DNA of 63,337 nt, counting the filler, from Candidatus Woesearchaeota archaeon (GTDB lineage Archaea; Nanobdellota; Nanobdellia; Woesearchaeales; GCA-2685855): assembly GCA_002685855.1 (NCBI GenBank). It is 6 parts of 6 records of this genome, joined end to end, with 100 filler letters (N's around TTAATTAATTAA, not from the genome) between each part and the next. Parts side by side here need not be neighbours in the genome. Positions count along the whole stretch, not along the records: positions 44,241 to 54,999 come from NYYS01000030.1; positions 55,100 to 63,337 come from NYYS01000032.1; 4 more parts are not named here. One strand, 5' to 3'. Below, piece by piece: positions 48,245 to 58,124 of the stretch. The number at the start of each line of letters is the position of its first letter. Position 1 is the stretch's first letter. Both the position numbers and the translations under genes were made by a program. Below the pieces are notes generated by a model. It did no database searches. It saw nothing but the letters and a program-made list of their open reading frames with translations, and was not told where the DNA came from.

Positions 48245-50661
48245 CGTAATAATGCATCCTCCCAAAATCTTCTAAATCCTAGTTCAACTAAAAATATCAT
48301 AAGTCCGACACCAAGCACAATCCATGCATAACTCACACGCTTTATCTTCCTTCTTTTGGAGACACTTTTAACATATTCAACTATTCCTCTGTCATCCTCG
48401 GGTTTAAATACTTTTCCTCCTGTAGAGGAGATAAATTGGTCAAAATCAGGATTTGGACCTGTTCTTGCATATTCAAGCTCATAGTTCACAGAAAAAGGCC
48501 TTCCAAAAAGTTCATCAAATCCTCGTTCTAAAGGTATAAATCCCGCCCGATAAAGATCCTTTTCAATGCGAACAAATTCGAGATCACGAGCCACAGGAAC
48601 TGCGTCAGATCGAACCATAATAAAACTTTCTTCGCCAATCCGGGTATCAGGGATATGGACATAATTTTCCTTTTTCCGTTCAGGATCTCCCACAATCCAG
48701 TTAATTGCTCGAGAAACGAGCCGTGAGTTCTTTGAGTCAAGGAGTTCCCCTAAACTACTTCCTGAAAAAACATTAAATGTTGCTACTCTTCCAAGCCCGT
48801 AGCGCCATACAGAAAGAGCAGGACTTCCAAAATCAGTGCTAATCAACATCTGAGCATTCCTTTTTGGAACAACCATATTATATCCATATAGAACCGCAGA
48901 AGGATCCATATTCTTTGTAATAAAATGATTGCTATCTAAAACCATAAGGTCTAACGCTTCGCCCTCCCCAACCTCTCCTAAATCACCAAATAAAAGTTTA
49001 AATTTATTTGTTTCATCAGCAAGAAAGTAGAACCCTTTTCCTTCTTTCGCAACATCCTCCAGAAAATTTTCATTGATATTCACACGTGTTCTTCCAACAC
49101 CAACACTGTGAACCTTTATGCCAGCATCAGCAATATAATCAATAAGTTCAAGAGTATTCTTCTTATTATTAGAAGCAAACCCATCGCTCATAACAACAAT
49201 ATTACTATCCCCTTCTAAACCTACAAGAAGATCATACGCCCCCTTCAGCCCTTCATCAAGTGTACTCGCACCCTCTTGCGCTTGAATCCTAGAAATTTTA
49301 TCTTTAAGTTCATCTTTATTTGTATAGAGTGGATTCATCTCAGAAACCAGAAAAGGCTTATCTGAAAAGGCAATAACACCAACACGATTACCCAATGCCA
49401 ACTGATCCAGTATATCAATTGTCAATGCCTTTGTAATATCCATCTGACTAACTCTATCCTTCACCTCCTTCACAAATCCCCCTTTATATTCAATACGGCT
49501 GCCTGAAGCACTTCCAGATACATCAATAACCAGAACAATATTCGCATTTCCTCTCGTATTATTAGCAATTCCATACTCTACGGGAAGAAGCGATTCAAAA
49601 AGACTCCCTGTGTATTCTCCCTTGTTAAATGAATGTGAACCCCCTACAACAAGCATACCATTTCCATCCACAAGAAACTCGGTAAGATCTGTTAATCCCT
49701 GAAGTGAACTTGCAGCTATATCATTCACAATAACCGCATAATATTCATCTAACGACCCTGAAGGAAGACTCTTTACAACCTCCAGATCATACAACTCCTC
49801 AAGAATACTTTTCAACGGATCAGTTTTCTCAGAAATAAGAAGGACTTTAGGTTTTTCAACAATATGTACAGTCTTATAAAAAATATTGTTCATAGAAAAA
49901 GCATCATCCCCTTTAACCTCAACCTCTATCTTATGATCACCCTCACTAAATCTCTGACTAAGCTCATTCTCTGAAGACGAACTAGTCTTGTCATAGAGCA
50001 CAGCTCCATCTACACTAACAGAATAAGAAACATCTTTTGTATTAAATGTATTAAAATGAATTGTGTACACATTTTCATAATCACTCACCGTCTTGCTAGG
50101 CCCATAAATTGCCACTCCAACATCCTGCAAAATACCCGTCAAATTAATTGAACTAATTGTAACATTCAACTCAGAAGTCTTCATTAAAACATCTCCATAT
50201 CCAAAACCTCCTGTACTCTGACCATCTGTAACCATCAATAAATTTGTATTAGGCTCCATATAGGATACAATACCATCACCAATCAGACTGTCTGTCCCTC
50301 TTCCAATATATTTTACAGTTACCGGAATCTGTTGGCGAAGATCATGAACAAGTTCTGAAACAAATTCAGTATCAAATACAGTCATGGAACTTGAATTATC
50401 TACCAGGATAGTAACCCTAGGATCACCCGGAGTTTCAACAATTTCATCCCTGAAGGGATAGGCAATAGCAAGAACAATACAAGAAAAAATAATCGCTCGA
50501 CTGATAAAAAGGAGAATCCTAATCTTCCTTCTTTGAATAATCAGCTCCTTACTCAAATATGATGTCCTAAACAATGTAAGAAAACAAAAAGCAGCGAGAA
50601 AAAGAAGCAGTACAGGAATAAAAAAAAGAACCCATCCATGTAAAAGCATAATCTGACTCAT
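48241..50661 (-). CDS. Membrane vWA-domain protein with GATase-like domain
   Basis: LVDNSSSM, VIDVSGS, MSDG, LVVGG..SF, WRYGLGRV; TM helices at both ends. Confidence 0.85.
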   Translation of the reverse strand: MSQIMLLHGWVLFFIPVLLLFLAAFCFLTLFRTSYLSKELIIQRRKIRILLFISRAIIFSCIVLAIAYPFRDEIVETPGDPRVTILVDNSSSMTVFDTEFVSELVHDLRQQIPVTVKYIGRGTDSLIGDGIVSYMEPNTNLLMVTDGQSTGGFGYGDVLMKTSELNVTISSINLTGILQDVGVAIYGPSKTVSDYENVYTIHFNTFNTKDVSYSVSVDGAVLYDKTSSSSENELSQRFSEGDHKIEVEVKGDDAFSMNNIFYKTVHIVEKPKVLLISEKTDPLKSILEELYDLEVVKSLPSGSLDEYYAVIVNDIAASSLQGLTDLTEFLVDGNGMLVVGGSHSFNKGEYTGSLFESLLPVEYGIANNTRGNANIVLVIDVSGSASGSRIEYKGGFVKEVKDRVSQMDITKALTIDILDQLALGNRVGVIAFSDKPFLVSEMNPLYTNKDELKDKISRIQAQEGASTLDEGLKGAYDLLVGLEGDSNIVVMSDGFASNNKKNTLELIDYIADAGIKVHSVGVGRTRVNINENFLEDVAKEGKGFYFLADETNKFKLLFGDLGEVGEGEALDLMVLDSNHFITKNMDPSAVLYGYNMVVPKRNAQMLISTDFGSPALSVWRYGLGRVATFNVFSGSSLGELLDSKNSRLVSRAINWIVGDPERKKENYVHIPDTRIGEESFIMVRSDAVPVARDLEFVRIEKDLYRAGFIPLERGFDELFGRPFSVNYELEYARTGPNPDFDQFISSTGGKVFKPEDDRGIVEYVKSVSKRRKIKRVSYAWIVLGVGLMIFLVELGFRRFWEDALLR

Positions 50662-52478
50662 AGGTCACCTCTAATCTTAAGATAAATAAGTTCAACAATA
50701 AAAACGATAAGCGCCAATAACAAAAACTTATCCGTAACTTCCTTTGGCACTTTTTGCATGATAGAATCTCCTTTTTCAGACCTTTCAGAACTTAACGAAA
50801 CAGCCCTCCCTACATCCGACTCTTCACTACTTAAAAGATTAGCAGCTATTGCCCGTTCAGGAAATTCATAAAAACCCATCTCTTCTAAAGGAATCTGTTG
50901 ACCTATAAGCGCCCCACTCGGACTTTGAACTTCAACACGCTCAGGAAAAACATAGGACACACCAGTCTTAACATTCAACTCATCTGTTGTCTGATACGCA
51001 ACAAGATGTTCAATAATACGCTTCCAGAAAATAGGATAATACAGATTTGTTTTAAAATCAGAATCCTCATCCATAATTCCATACCAGAAAACTTTTCCAC
51101 CTTCCAGATTTCGTTCAAAAATCAAAGGACCACTTTCCGTCCATGCTAACTCAACAAGATCATCTGCGTCTTCCAACACAAAATGCCCAAAAACAGTCCC
51201 AAAGATAATATCCTGAGTCAGCTCTGAATCAACAACAGAAGTAACACTTGAAGCCTCTTCATTCAAAGAGATATAAGAAGTTCCAATAAGACTTTCAATA
51301 TCCATCTCAAACAGAGAAGGTTGCGCTGCAATAATCAACCTCTTTCCTTCCTTCACAAACAGTTCAAGATCCTTTAGCGTTCCAGGCAACACCAATTCAG
51401 GATCTACACCTGCAAGCACAAGAATATCTTCATCAAATTTCCGTGGAACCTTCGGAGGAGTATAATAGGTAAGATTTACTCGAGGAATTAGCGACAATGC
51501 AGTATTTATATACAGAGGAGGATCATTTGTAATAACACCTACATTAAACACCTCACCTTCAAAAGAACTTATATATGCCTTATTATCAATAAGAAAACCA
51601 TCATTCTCCTTGATTGAAAGAACACTCTTCCCCGGCGGAGTTGTAAAAGAGAACAGCTCAGTGCTCTTCCCCTGTATAGTAATACTCTCTTCCTTATCTC
51701 CTATCAAGAGAGTAACACTCTTTTCAATATCGGCATAATTCTTTATCCACGCCTTTGATCCACTATCCTCAACAACAAGATCCACAATACCAACATTCTC
51801 AACAAACCCATTATAGCTCACAAATTCAACAATCGCACCCGACGCAGTAAGAAGGTCTCTGGCACCCTCAAAACTATCAACAGTCGGATCAATAAAATCA
51901 GATAAAACCACAACTTTCGCATTTCCCCTAACAAAATCAGAAGCCATAATAAGAGCATCATTCAAACTCCCCTCTGTATCACGAGGACGAAGACTCAGCA
52001 ACAACTCTTCAGCCTCCGTAGCCTCTACCTCATCACCCATCAACTCAGGGATATCACTCGACACAATAATCGTTGTCCGTACCCCAACCCGTTTTAGAGC
52101 CTCTTCCTTAACTGCTTTAAACCGGGAACCTCCTTCAAAATCAGCCTGCATACTTGCTGTACTATCCAAAATAAGCACAGTTCTTGTAGTCAGCGCCTCC
52201 TTTGATAGATTAATAAATGGTTGAGCAATAGCAAAGGCCAGAATCAAGATCAACAAGAGATGAAAAAAGAAAAGAACATTTCTTATCAGCGTCTGAAGAA
52301 AACTATTCTTATTCGTCATCCCCTGCTCTTTGATAAAAAACATCAATGCAGGCAAAATCCTCTTTTTAGGAGTTGGCCTCATAAGATACAGCAAAAGAAA
52401 GGGAATAAGCGCCAAAAGAGCATATAATCCTGTACTATTTAAGAAAAACTGCCCGATAAGTTCACCTATAGCCACCAT
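50658..52478 (-). CDS. BatA-like N-terminal domain/vWA membrane protein
   Basis: LLLYLMRP.P....PALMF, AIAQP, LDSTASM, LSDF, ANLLS..ES. Confidence 0.85.
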   Translation of the reverse strand: MVAIGELIGQFFLNSTGLYALLALIPFLLLYLMRPTPKKRILPALMFFIKEQGMTNKNSFLQTLIRNVLFFFHLLLILILAFAIAQPFINLSKEALTTRTVLILDSTASMQADFEGGSRFKAVKEEALKRVGVRTTIIVSSDIPELMGDEVEATEAEELLLSLRPRDTEGSLNDALIMASDFVRGNAKVVVLSDFIDPTVDSFEGARDLLTASGAIVEFVSYNGFVENVGIVDLVVEDSGSKAWIKNYADIEKSVTLLIGDKEESITIQGKSTELFSFTTPPGKSVLSIKENDGFLIDNKAYISSFEGEVFNVGVITNDPPLYINTALSLIPRVNLTYYTPPKVPRKFDEDILVLAGVDPELVLPGTLKDLELFVKEGKRLIIAAQPSLFEMDIESLIGTSYISLNEEASSVTSVVDSELTQDIIFGTVFGHFVLEDADDLVELAWTESGPLIFERNLEGGKVFWYGIMDEDSDFKTNLYYPIFWKRIIEHLVAYQTTDELNVKTGVSYVFPERVEVQSPSGALIGQQIPLEEMGFYEFPERAIAANLLSSEESDVGRAVSLSSERSEKGDSIMQKVPKEVTDKFLLLALIVFIVELIYLKIRGDL

Positions 52479-52608
52479 TCATTCCTCACAAACCTTTAAA
52501 TTATGAGAACAACCTATTTAAAAACATTTGTTTTCTACCAGTGTATAGACAGGGTCTAATCTAGGAACATAGTGAGTCTGTATTGACCCAGGGTTATTGA
52601 TAGTTTGC

Positions 52609-53301
52609 TCAGAAATCACTAATTTCCAATACCTGTGCCTCTTTTTTAGAAAGAGATAATCGAACCCGATCTCTATTCTCTAGTAAATAAACCTTCTGAT
52701 CATTATCTGATGTAAGACTCATAGGCCCCCTAACCACCTTCAACTCAACACGATCATCTGACTTTAATGATAAAGGCATCTTCTTTATGGTAGGATTATT
52801 ATACGCAATTCTCCAGTCCCGTTTAAAGGATGATCTAGTAATTGAATGATAATAGCCCGTACTGCCAAAAACACCACTTGCAACAATTCCATCACCAATC
52901 ACAGGGTCCAGTTCCTTTCCATTAAGGAAAAGTTGAAATCGAGCAGCCATGTAAGGATAGGTATTTCTAATAACACAGTCATTCGTAGAAAAAAGTTGTT
53001 TCCGTTTAAACTCAACCAAGATCTTCTTATATCTCTTAATAACAAAATTCTTTTGTTCTAAAGCATCAATCATTTTAGAGAGACCTTCAGAAGAACATTT
53101 AGTACAAATCTCAGAATCCCTGATAAGAATCTTAGGAACCCCTGGATACCTGCGTTCTGCAATCAAAAACGTCCCATCACCTCCAAGAGAGATAACCAGA
53201 CTAGGGTTCTTATCCAACTTCAAATCAAATTTATTAATATCACGAAGAAGCTTCTTCTTCTCATCACTATTCTTTGCAACAATGCCTAATCTAAACCTCA
53301 T
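52609..53301 (-). CDS. NAD kinase family protein
   Basis: SLGGDGTFL, ND motif, GDGIV....GSTGYYHS. Confidence 0.8.
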   Translation of the reverse strand: MRFRLGIVAKNSDEKKKLLRDINKFDLKLDKNPSLVISLGGDGTFLIAERRYPGVPKILIRDSEICTKCSSEGLSKMIDALEQKNFVIKRYKKILVEFKRKQLFSTNDCVIRNTYPYMAARFQLFLNGKELDPVIGDGIVASGVFGSTGYYHSITRSSFKRDWRIAYNNPTIKKMPLSLKSDDRVELKVVRGPMSLTSDNDQKVYLLENRDRVRLSLSKKEAQVLEISDF

Positions 53302-53369
53302 TCAAACCCCTTCTAATGATCATAATCATCTATTCAAACAAGCTATACCCTACTATAAAAACCTTTTCA

Positions 53370-53507
53370 TCAATTCTCGTCAGGCCTCAGTTCATTCCAA
53401 AGATCCAATTCAATCTCACGAATTAATCCCTCTCTCGCCATCAAACCAATACGCTCATTCTCAAATGCTCTCCCCTTATACTCAGCTTCTTCAGTAATAC
53501 CGTTCAT
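53370..53507 (-). CDS. 45-aa acidic small protein (below the ORF-track cutoff)
   Basis: Translated by hand: MNGITEEAEYKGRAFENERIGLMAREGLIREIELDLWNELRPDEN; GGGGGAGGG RBS upstream. Confidence 0.4.
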   Translation of the reverse strand: MNGITEEAEYKGRAFENERIGLMAREGLIREIELDLWNELRPDEN

Positions 53508-53668
53508 TCTAATGCCCTCCCCCCAAACACAGCCTATTGAACTATAATTAAAAGACTATATAATCCTGATCTCTATTCCCTAAAAAACAGCCTTCTAAAT
53601 TCAAAAGTTATTTAAGCATTAAACGTATTCTTTTATACTGTGTGGGGATTGAAAAATAAGGTGAGACC

Positions 53669-54298
53669 ATGAAACACATACTCATAGCCCCTGTTGGAGA
53701 CAATATCGAAGCACTATTTATAGGAATACGAGAATTCAATATTGAAAAAGTCTATCTTCTCTCTCCTCAGGAACGCCTGGACGATGCAGAAAAAGCAGTA
53801 AAAGATCTTGAAAAATTTAAAATACCTTGCCAGATCATTCGCCTTAAAGGAAACCTTCTTGAAGAGATGTTCCGTGTTGTAGGAGAGATAAAAACAGGAG
53901 AGAAAGACAAGAACATCATTGTAAACATAGGCACCGGAGATCGCATATCACAATGCGCTGCCCTCTCTGCCTCATTCGTGAACGGACTCAAAGCATTCGA
54001 TGTAGCAAATAACGAACCCCTTATGCTCCCTGTTCTTCGCTTTGAATACTACAAACTTCTCACAGAAAAAAAGATGCGCCTCCTCAAAATCCTCAACCAG
54101 GAAGACTGCTACAGCAGCCTCGAAGAGCTTGCAAAACGATCCGGAATGAGCCTCCCCCTCATCTCCTACCACGTCAACGGCAACCTCAAAACAGAAGGCC
54201 TCAAAGACCTCGGCCTTGCAGAAACCCACATTCACAAAGGAAAAACCGCCCTTACAATATCCACCATGGGTAAACTTCTTGTCAAAGGGTATGTGTAA
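53669..54298 (+). CDS. CARF-like (DUF6293/Csa3-type) Rossmann domain plus wHTH transcriptional regulator
   Basis: ILIAPVG...EKVYLL...IIVNIGTGDR N-terminal domain; SLEELAKRSGMSLPLISYHV...LKDLGL wHTH. Confidence 0.7.
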   Translation: MKHILIAPVGDNIEALFIGIREFNIEKVYLLSPQERLDDAEKAVKDLEKFKIPCQIIRLKGNLLEEMFRVVGEIKTGEKDKNIIVNIGTGDRISQCAALSASFVNGLKAFDVANNEPLMLPVLRFEYYKLLTEKKMRLLKILNQEDCYSSLEELAKRSGMSLPLISYHVNGNLKTEGLKDLGLAETHIHKGKTALTISTMGKLLVKGYV

Positions 54299-54398
54299 GC
54301 ATTTCCAGTCTGAATTTATCCATTTGAAGGTTCTGATTTTTCGATAAGCTTTTAAATCCTTTAAAATTCCACGACTTTAGTACGAGGATACATTAACC

Positions 54399-54500
54399 GT
54401 GAAAAGAAGCTCTAGACGTTGGAAAAAGAAAGGACAGATGCGTTGGAAATGGCAAAGAAAACGCATGAAAAAGGAAAAACGTAAACGTTCCAAGATCTAG
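54399..54500 (+). CDS. rpl41e: Ribosomal protein L41e (eL41/eS32 family; below the ORF-track cutoff)
   Basis: Translated by hand from GTG: MKRSSRRWKKKGQMRWKWQRKRMKKEKRKRSKI, matching the archaeal L41e pattern WKKKG.MRWKW. Confidence 0.85.
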   Translation: MKRSSRRWKKKGQMRWKWQRKRMKKEKRKRSKI

Positions 54501-54704
54501 ATCAAACAGTAACCTTTTTAAAGAAATCGATGTTTCTCGAATGTGCCGCAAGGCATTATGACCGCCAATGTGGGAACCCTCAAGCAACGCTTCGAGGTTA
54601 TTTCTAACAAATAACTCAAGTTCCAGAAGCTCTGAATAGGAGCATCTGTTGGTAGAAGAACAAGGCAAAACCCAAATTTTTCCTTAAAGTCTAATAATAA
54701 CGCA

Positions 54705-54999
54705 GTACCCGTTGATCCTGCGGGAGATTGCTGCTATTGGGATTCGACTAAGCCATGCAAGTCAAGGGGTTGCTTCGGCAACACCGGCAAACCGCTCAGT
54801 AACACGTCGATAATTTACCCTTAGGTTAGGAATAACTTCTGGAAACTGAAGCTAAAACCTGATATGGAAATTCTACTGGAATGTGTTTTTCTATAAACGC
54901 AAGGCCTAAGGATAAGTTGGCGGTCGATTAGGTTGTTGGTGAGGTAAAGGCTCACCAAGCCTATGATCGATAGGGGCCTTGAGAGAGGTAACCTCGAGA
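54705..54999 (+). rRNA. rrs: 16S rRNA gene, archaeal, 5' fragment (~295 nt)
   Basis: TACCCGTTGATCCTGCGGGA, CTAAGCCATGCAAGTC, GCTCAGTAACACGT, GATTAGGTTGTTGGTGAGGTAA..GCTCACCAAGCC: archaeal-type conserved blocks. Confidence 0.95.
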
Positions 55000-55099
55000 N
55001 NNNNNNNNNNNNNNNNNNNNNNNNNNNNNNNNNNNNNNNNNNNTTAATTAATTAANNNNNNNNNNNNNNNNNNNNNNNNNNNNNNNNNNNNNNNNNNNN
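55000..55099. other. Artificial contig linker
   Basis: 44 N + TTAATTAATTAA + 44 N. Confidence 0.98.
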
Positions 55100-55333
55100 A
55101 AACCCAATTCCCTTCTGGATAGCCCCCTCCTGACCCAAAGGAACAGCAGAATACAACACCTTACAAACCTGTTTACACTCCTTCAACACAGTTTCATCAG
55201 AACACTGCAAAACCAAAACAGGATCAAGCACCCCAGAAACATCCTTCACAACACCTACAAGATGCTCTCGAAGCGAATCATTCCACAACCCAGCATCCTT
55301 CAAATACAACAATAGAACAAGCAGAGCCTTCAC
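55100..55333 (-). CDS. Partial hypothetical protein (possibly a glycosyltransferase N-terminus)
   Basis: Open frame running into the linker; glycan-locus context. Confidence 0.35.
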
Positions 55334-55428
55334 CTTACAACCCCCAACAACAGCATCATACCAATCACCACATCAATAATCAAAACCTACCAACTCCCTC
55401 ACCCCTATCTTCAACACTAAATAAAAAA

Positions 55429-56286
55429 TCACACTTCAATGTTATACTTATCAAACCGCTTCTCAAACCGTCGCGCAATCGGATCCAGCAGCACCTTCAT
55501 AAACGCAGGCAACCGAAAATAAATCCACCGCAACACAACCTTCACATTCAGTTTAATATTCGCCTTTGAAAACCTTGTAAACCGATCATACTCAGACACA
55601 TCAAACTTCCACTGATTAAAACTCACCAACTCCTTTGCTGTTCCCTTCCGTGCAAGCGCCTTTGGCTGAATCTTTGGATATCCAATAGAAACAAACGCAA
55701 TAGGAGTATAATGCCACGGCATCCCAAGAATCCTTCGCATCGTTCTCCTCGTTGGTAAATTATCAGCACACACACTACCCAAACCAAGCGAAGTAGCCGC
55801 AAGCTGCATATTCTGAATACACGCCGAAGCACTTTGATAATGATCCATATACTCAATATTATCCGTACGATTCGAATAACACACAAGAATCAGCAACGGA
55901 ACATTCTTAATATAGTAAGCCGTAACCTCCTTACAGATCCGGTCCTTAATCTCCTGTTTGTCAATAACAAGAAACCGCCACGCCTGACGATTGCAAGCAG
56001 ACGGCGCCCACATCCCTGCCTCAACAATCTTATACAGATACTCCTTCGGCACCGGCTTCTCAAGAAAATACCGCACACTTCTCCGCGTAAAAATCGCCTC
56101 AGAAAGATCAAGCGAAGGAAACCCATACTTGTTAACCTTCCCTGTCTCCGCAACCTCCCCCTCCTTAAAATTACGCACAGCCTTCTTCATAACAAGATCT
56201 TCATCAAGCGGCTTCACACCACTCTCACTACCCGGTAAAGCACATTCCGGCCCTGTACAAACCTTTTTTTCAGCTTCTTCACTCAT
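55429..56286 (-). CDS. Nitroreductase family protein
   Basis: IFTRRSVRYF, WAPSACNRQAW, IQNMQLAATSLGLGS, IGYP. Confidence 0.9.
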   Translation of the reverse strand: MSEEAEKKVCTGPECALPGSESGVKPLDEDLVMKKAVRNFKEGEVAETGKVNKYGFPSLDLSEAIFTRRSVRYFLEKPVPKEYLYKIVEAGMWAPSACNRQAWRFLVIDKQEIKDRICKEVTAYYIKNVPLLILVCYSNRTDNIEYMDHYQSASACIQNMQLAATSLGLGSVCADNLPTRRTMRRILGMPWHYTPIAFVSIGYPKIQPKALARKGTAKELVSFNQWKFDVSEYDRFTRFSKANIKLNVKVVLRWIYFRLPAFMKVLLDPIARRFEKRFDKYNIEV

Positions 56287-58082
56287 TTCCTCTTCTCCAA
56301 TCCTCTGATAACATCAACAATCCGTTCTGTTGCTCCCCCATCAATCCTAAAACAATGCTGTTTTATAAACGTTTCTCTCGCCTTTCTCCTCTCAGCACTA
56401 TCCCGCTCCTGAACAGCCCTTTTAACAGCCCTAGCCAAATCAGAAGCATCATCGATCGCATAGCTGATATGCTTCTGCACAAACGGATTCTTTATCCCGC
56501 CCGCCTCAATAATAATCAACGCCTTTCCAAACATCACCGCCTCAACACCCGTAGTAGAAAAATGCGTAACAACCACATCCGAAACAGGAAGAAGATCAGT
56601 AAACGAAATATCCTGCATCACAAGAATATTCTTTGCATCCTGCTCATCCACCTTCTCCTTATACGCTGATAACGATTCCCGAGGATGCACCTTGATAATC
56701 AATTGATACTCTTCATCCTTCATCGCTGAAACAATCTTTGACATCATCGGCAAGGTTTCATACTGCGTTGTCAACACAACAACAACTGCATCCTTTGCAA
56801 TCCCCAATTGTTCCCGCAAACCATCATCCCGCTCCTTTATCTCAACCGAATCATACCGCGGCTGCCCCGTAGGAACAATCGCATCCTTAGGATACCTTCC
56901 ATCTGATTCCAGCAACGCCTTACCATACGAACCATAACTCGCAGTCAGCGTTGGCAGCGGACGCCACACCTTCCCCTTCCGGTTCAATTCACCATACCCA
57001 GAATAATCATACTTGAAATGATTTGGATAGATCATCCCATGCTGAATAGCAAGAACAGGAATCCCCTTTTTCTCAGCAGCAAGAATCAATGCACGCGCAT
57101 AGATCCCTGTTTCATCCGCCAATATCAACACACTTGGATCATACGCTTCAATAACCTTTCTTGAAAGATGAACATACCTGATAATTTCCGGTAGCAACAC
57201 CTCAACAACCAACCTGATCTTATTCCGAAACTCCTCTCCATACCCAACCCCCTTATACACCAACGACCCCTCAAACTCCTTTGAAGAAAAAACCTCTTTC
57301 AACAACAACCGCGCCTCTCGTGTTTCCTTTCGAATCGCCTGCTCAACTTCCTTACCTGAAAAATGCTCAATCAGATGCGTATGATCATTAATCCTTACCT
57401 TCTTCAACATCTCCCTAGCTGTATACTTGCTAATCGGCTCAAGCTCAACAACGTTCGCCTTCCCCAACGCCTCCAACAATTCGGAATACATCTTGATCTG
57501 CGTTCCCTTATCCCGATGCGTAATATCATAACTATACGTCATAATTAATGGAACATCTGCATACACCTTGTTCCCATATTTTTTATCATTCAGATGACCA
57601 ATCATCCTTCGAAACATACGCTTGCTTTTCAGCACTGCCTTAAATGCAGAAAAAAAATGCCCCTCACGCGGTCGACCCACCTTCTTCACAGAACACCGAA
57701 CATCCTTCTTTTCACAACACTTCCTCAATAAACTATTAAATACAGGATCCTTCACCTGACTCTGAACAAAAGAAGGCTCTTCCTTCTCCAACACCGCAGA
57801 AAAAATATCGATCAGCCGCACAATCTCCTTTATCCCATAACAACTCCTTACAGTATTATAATAGAGATACTGATCCACAAACCACCACAAAGTATACTCC
57901 CCAAACACAAGCTTTTCCCGAAGCCTCTGCTCCTCTGCCCACCTCTGAAAAAAATGCAGACTGTTTGCAAACGGATCATATTCTGCAAGATCCTTTGCCT
58001 GCTTCCCCAACAGCCCCCTTCCTATATACAACACATCCTTCTCAGGCCTAGAACCAACCCGGTCAGTAAAAACGATCTTCAT
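56283..58082 (-). CDS. GT-B surface-polysaccharide transferase (TagB/TagF or sialyltransferase-like)
   Basis: IQHG, TGQPRYD, IKVHPRE, DVVVTHFSTTGVEA, DGGATERI. Confidence 0.75.
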   Translation of the reverse strand: MKIVFTDRVGSRPEKDVLYIGRGLLGKQAKDLAEYDPFANSLHFFQRWAEEQRLREKLVFGEYTLWWFVDQYLYYNTVRSCYGIKEIVRLIDIFSAVLEKEEPSFVQSQVKDPVFNSLLRKCCEKKDVRCSVKKVGRPREGHFFSAFKAVLKSKRMFRRMIGHLNDKKYGNKVYADVPLIMTYSYDITHRDKGTQIKMYSELLEALGKANVVELEPISKYTAREMLKKVRINDHTHLIEHFSGKEVEQAIRKETREARLLLKEVFSSKEFEGSLVYKGVGYGEEFRNKIRLVVEVLLPEIIRYVHLSRKVIEAYDPSVLILADETGIYARALILAAEKKGIPVLAIQHGMIYPNHFKYDYSGYGELNRKGKVWRPLPTLTASYGSYGKALLESDGRYPKDAIVPTGQPRYDSVEIKERDDGLREQLGIAKDAVVVVLTTQYETLPMMSKIVSAMKDEEYQLIIKVHPRESLSAYKEKVDEQDAKNILVMQDISFTDLLPVSDVVVTHFSTTGVEAVMFGKALIIIEAGGIKNPFVQKHISYAIDDASDLARAVKRAVQERDSAERRKARETFIKQHCFRIDGGATERIVDVIRGLEKRK

Positions 58083-58124
58083 ACACTCTGAAGAGCCTTT
58101 TCATTTATATATCCTTTGCCAGAA

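Noticed and set aside
54393..54668. 91-aa minus-strand ORF before the 16S gene
   Set aside because: It is antisense to rpl41e and the rRNA leader and has no recognisable features.
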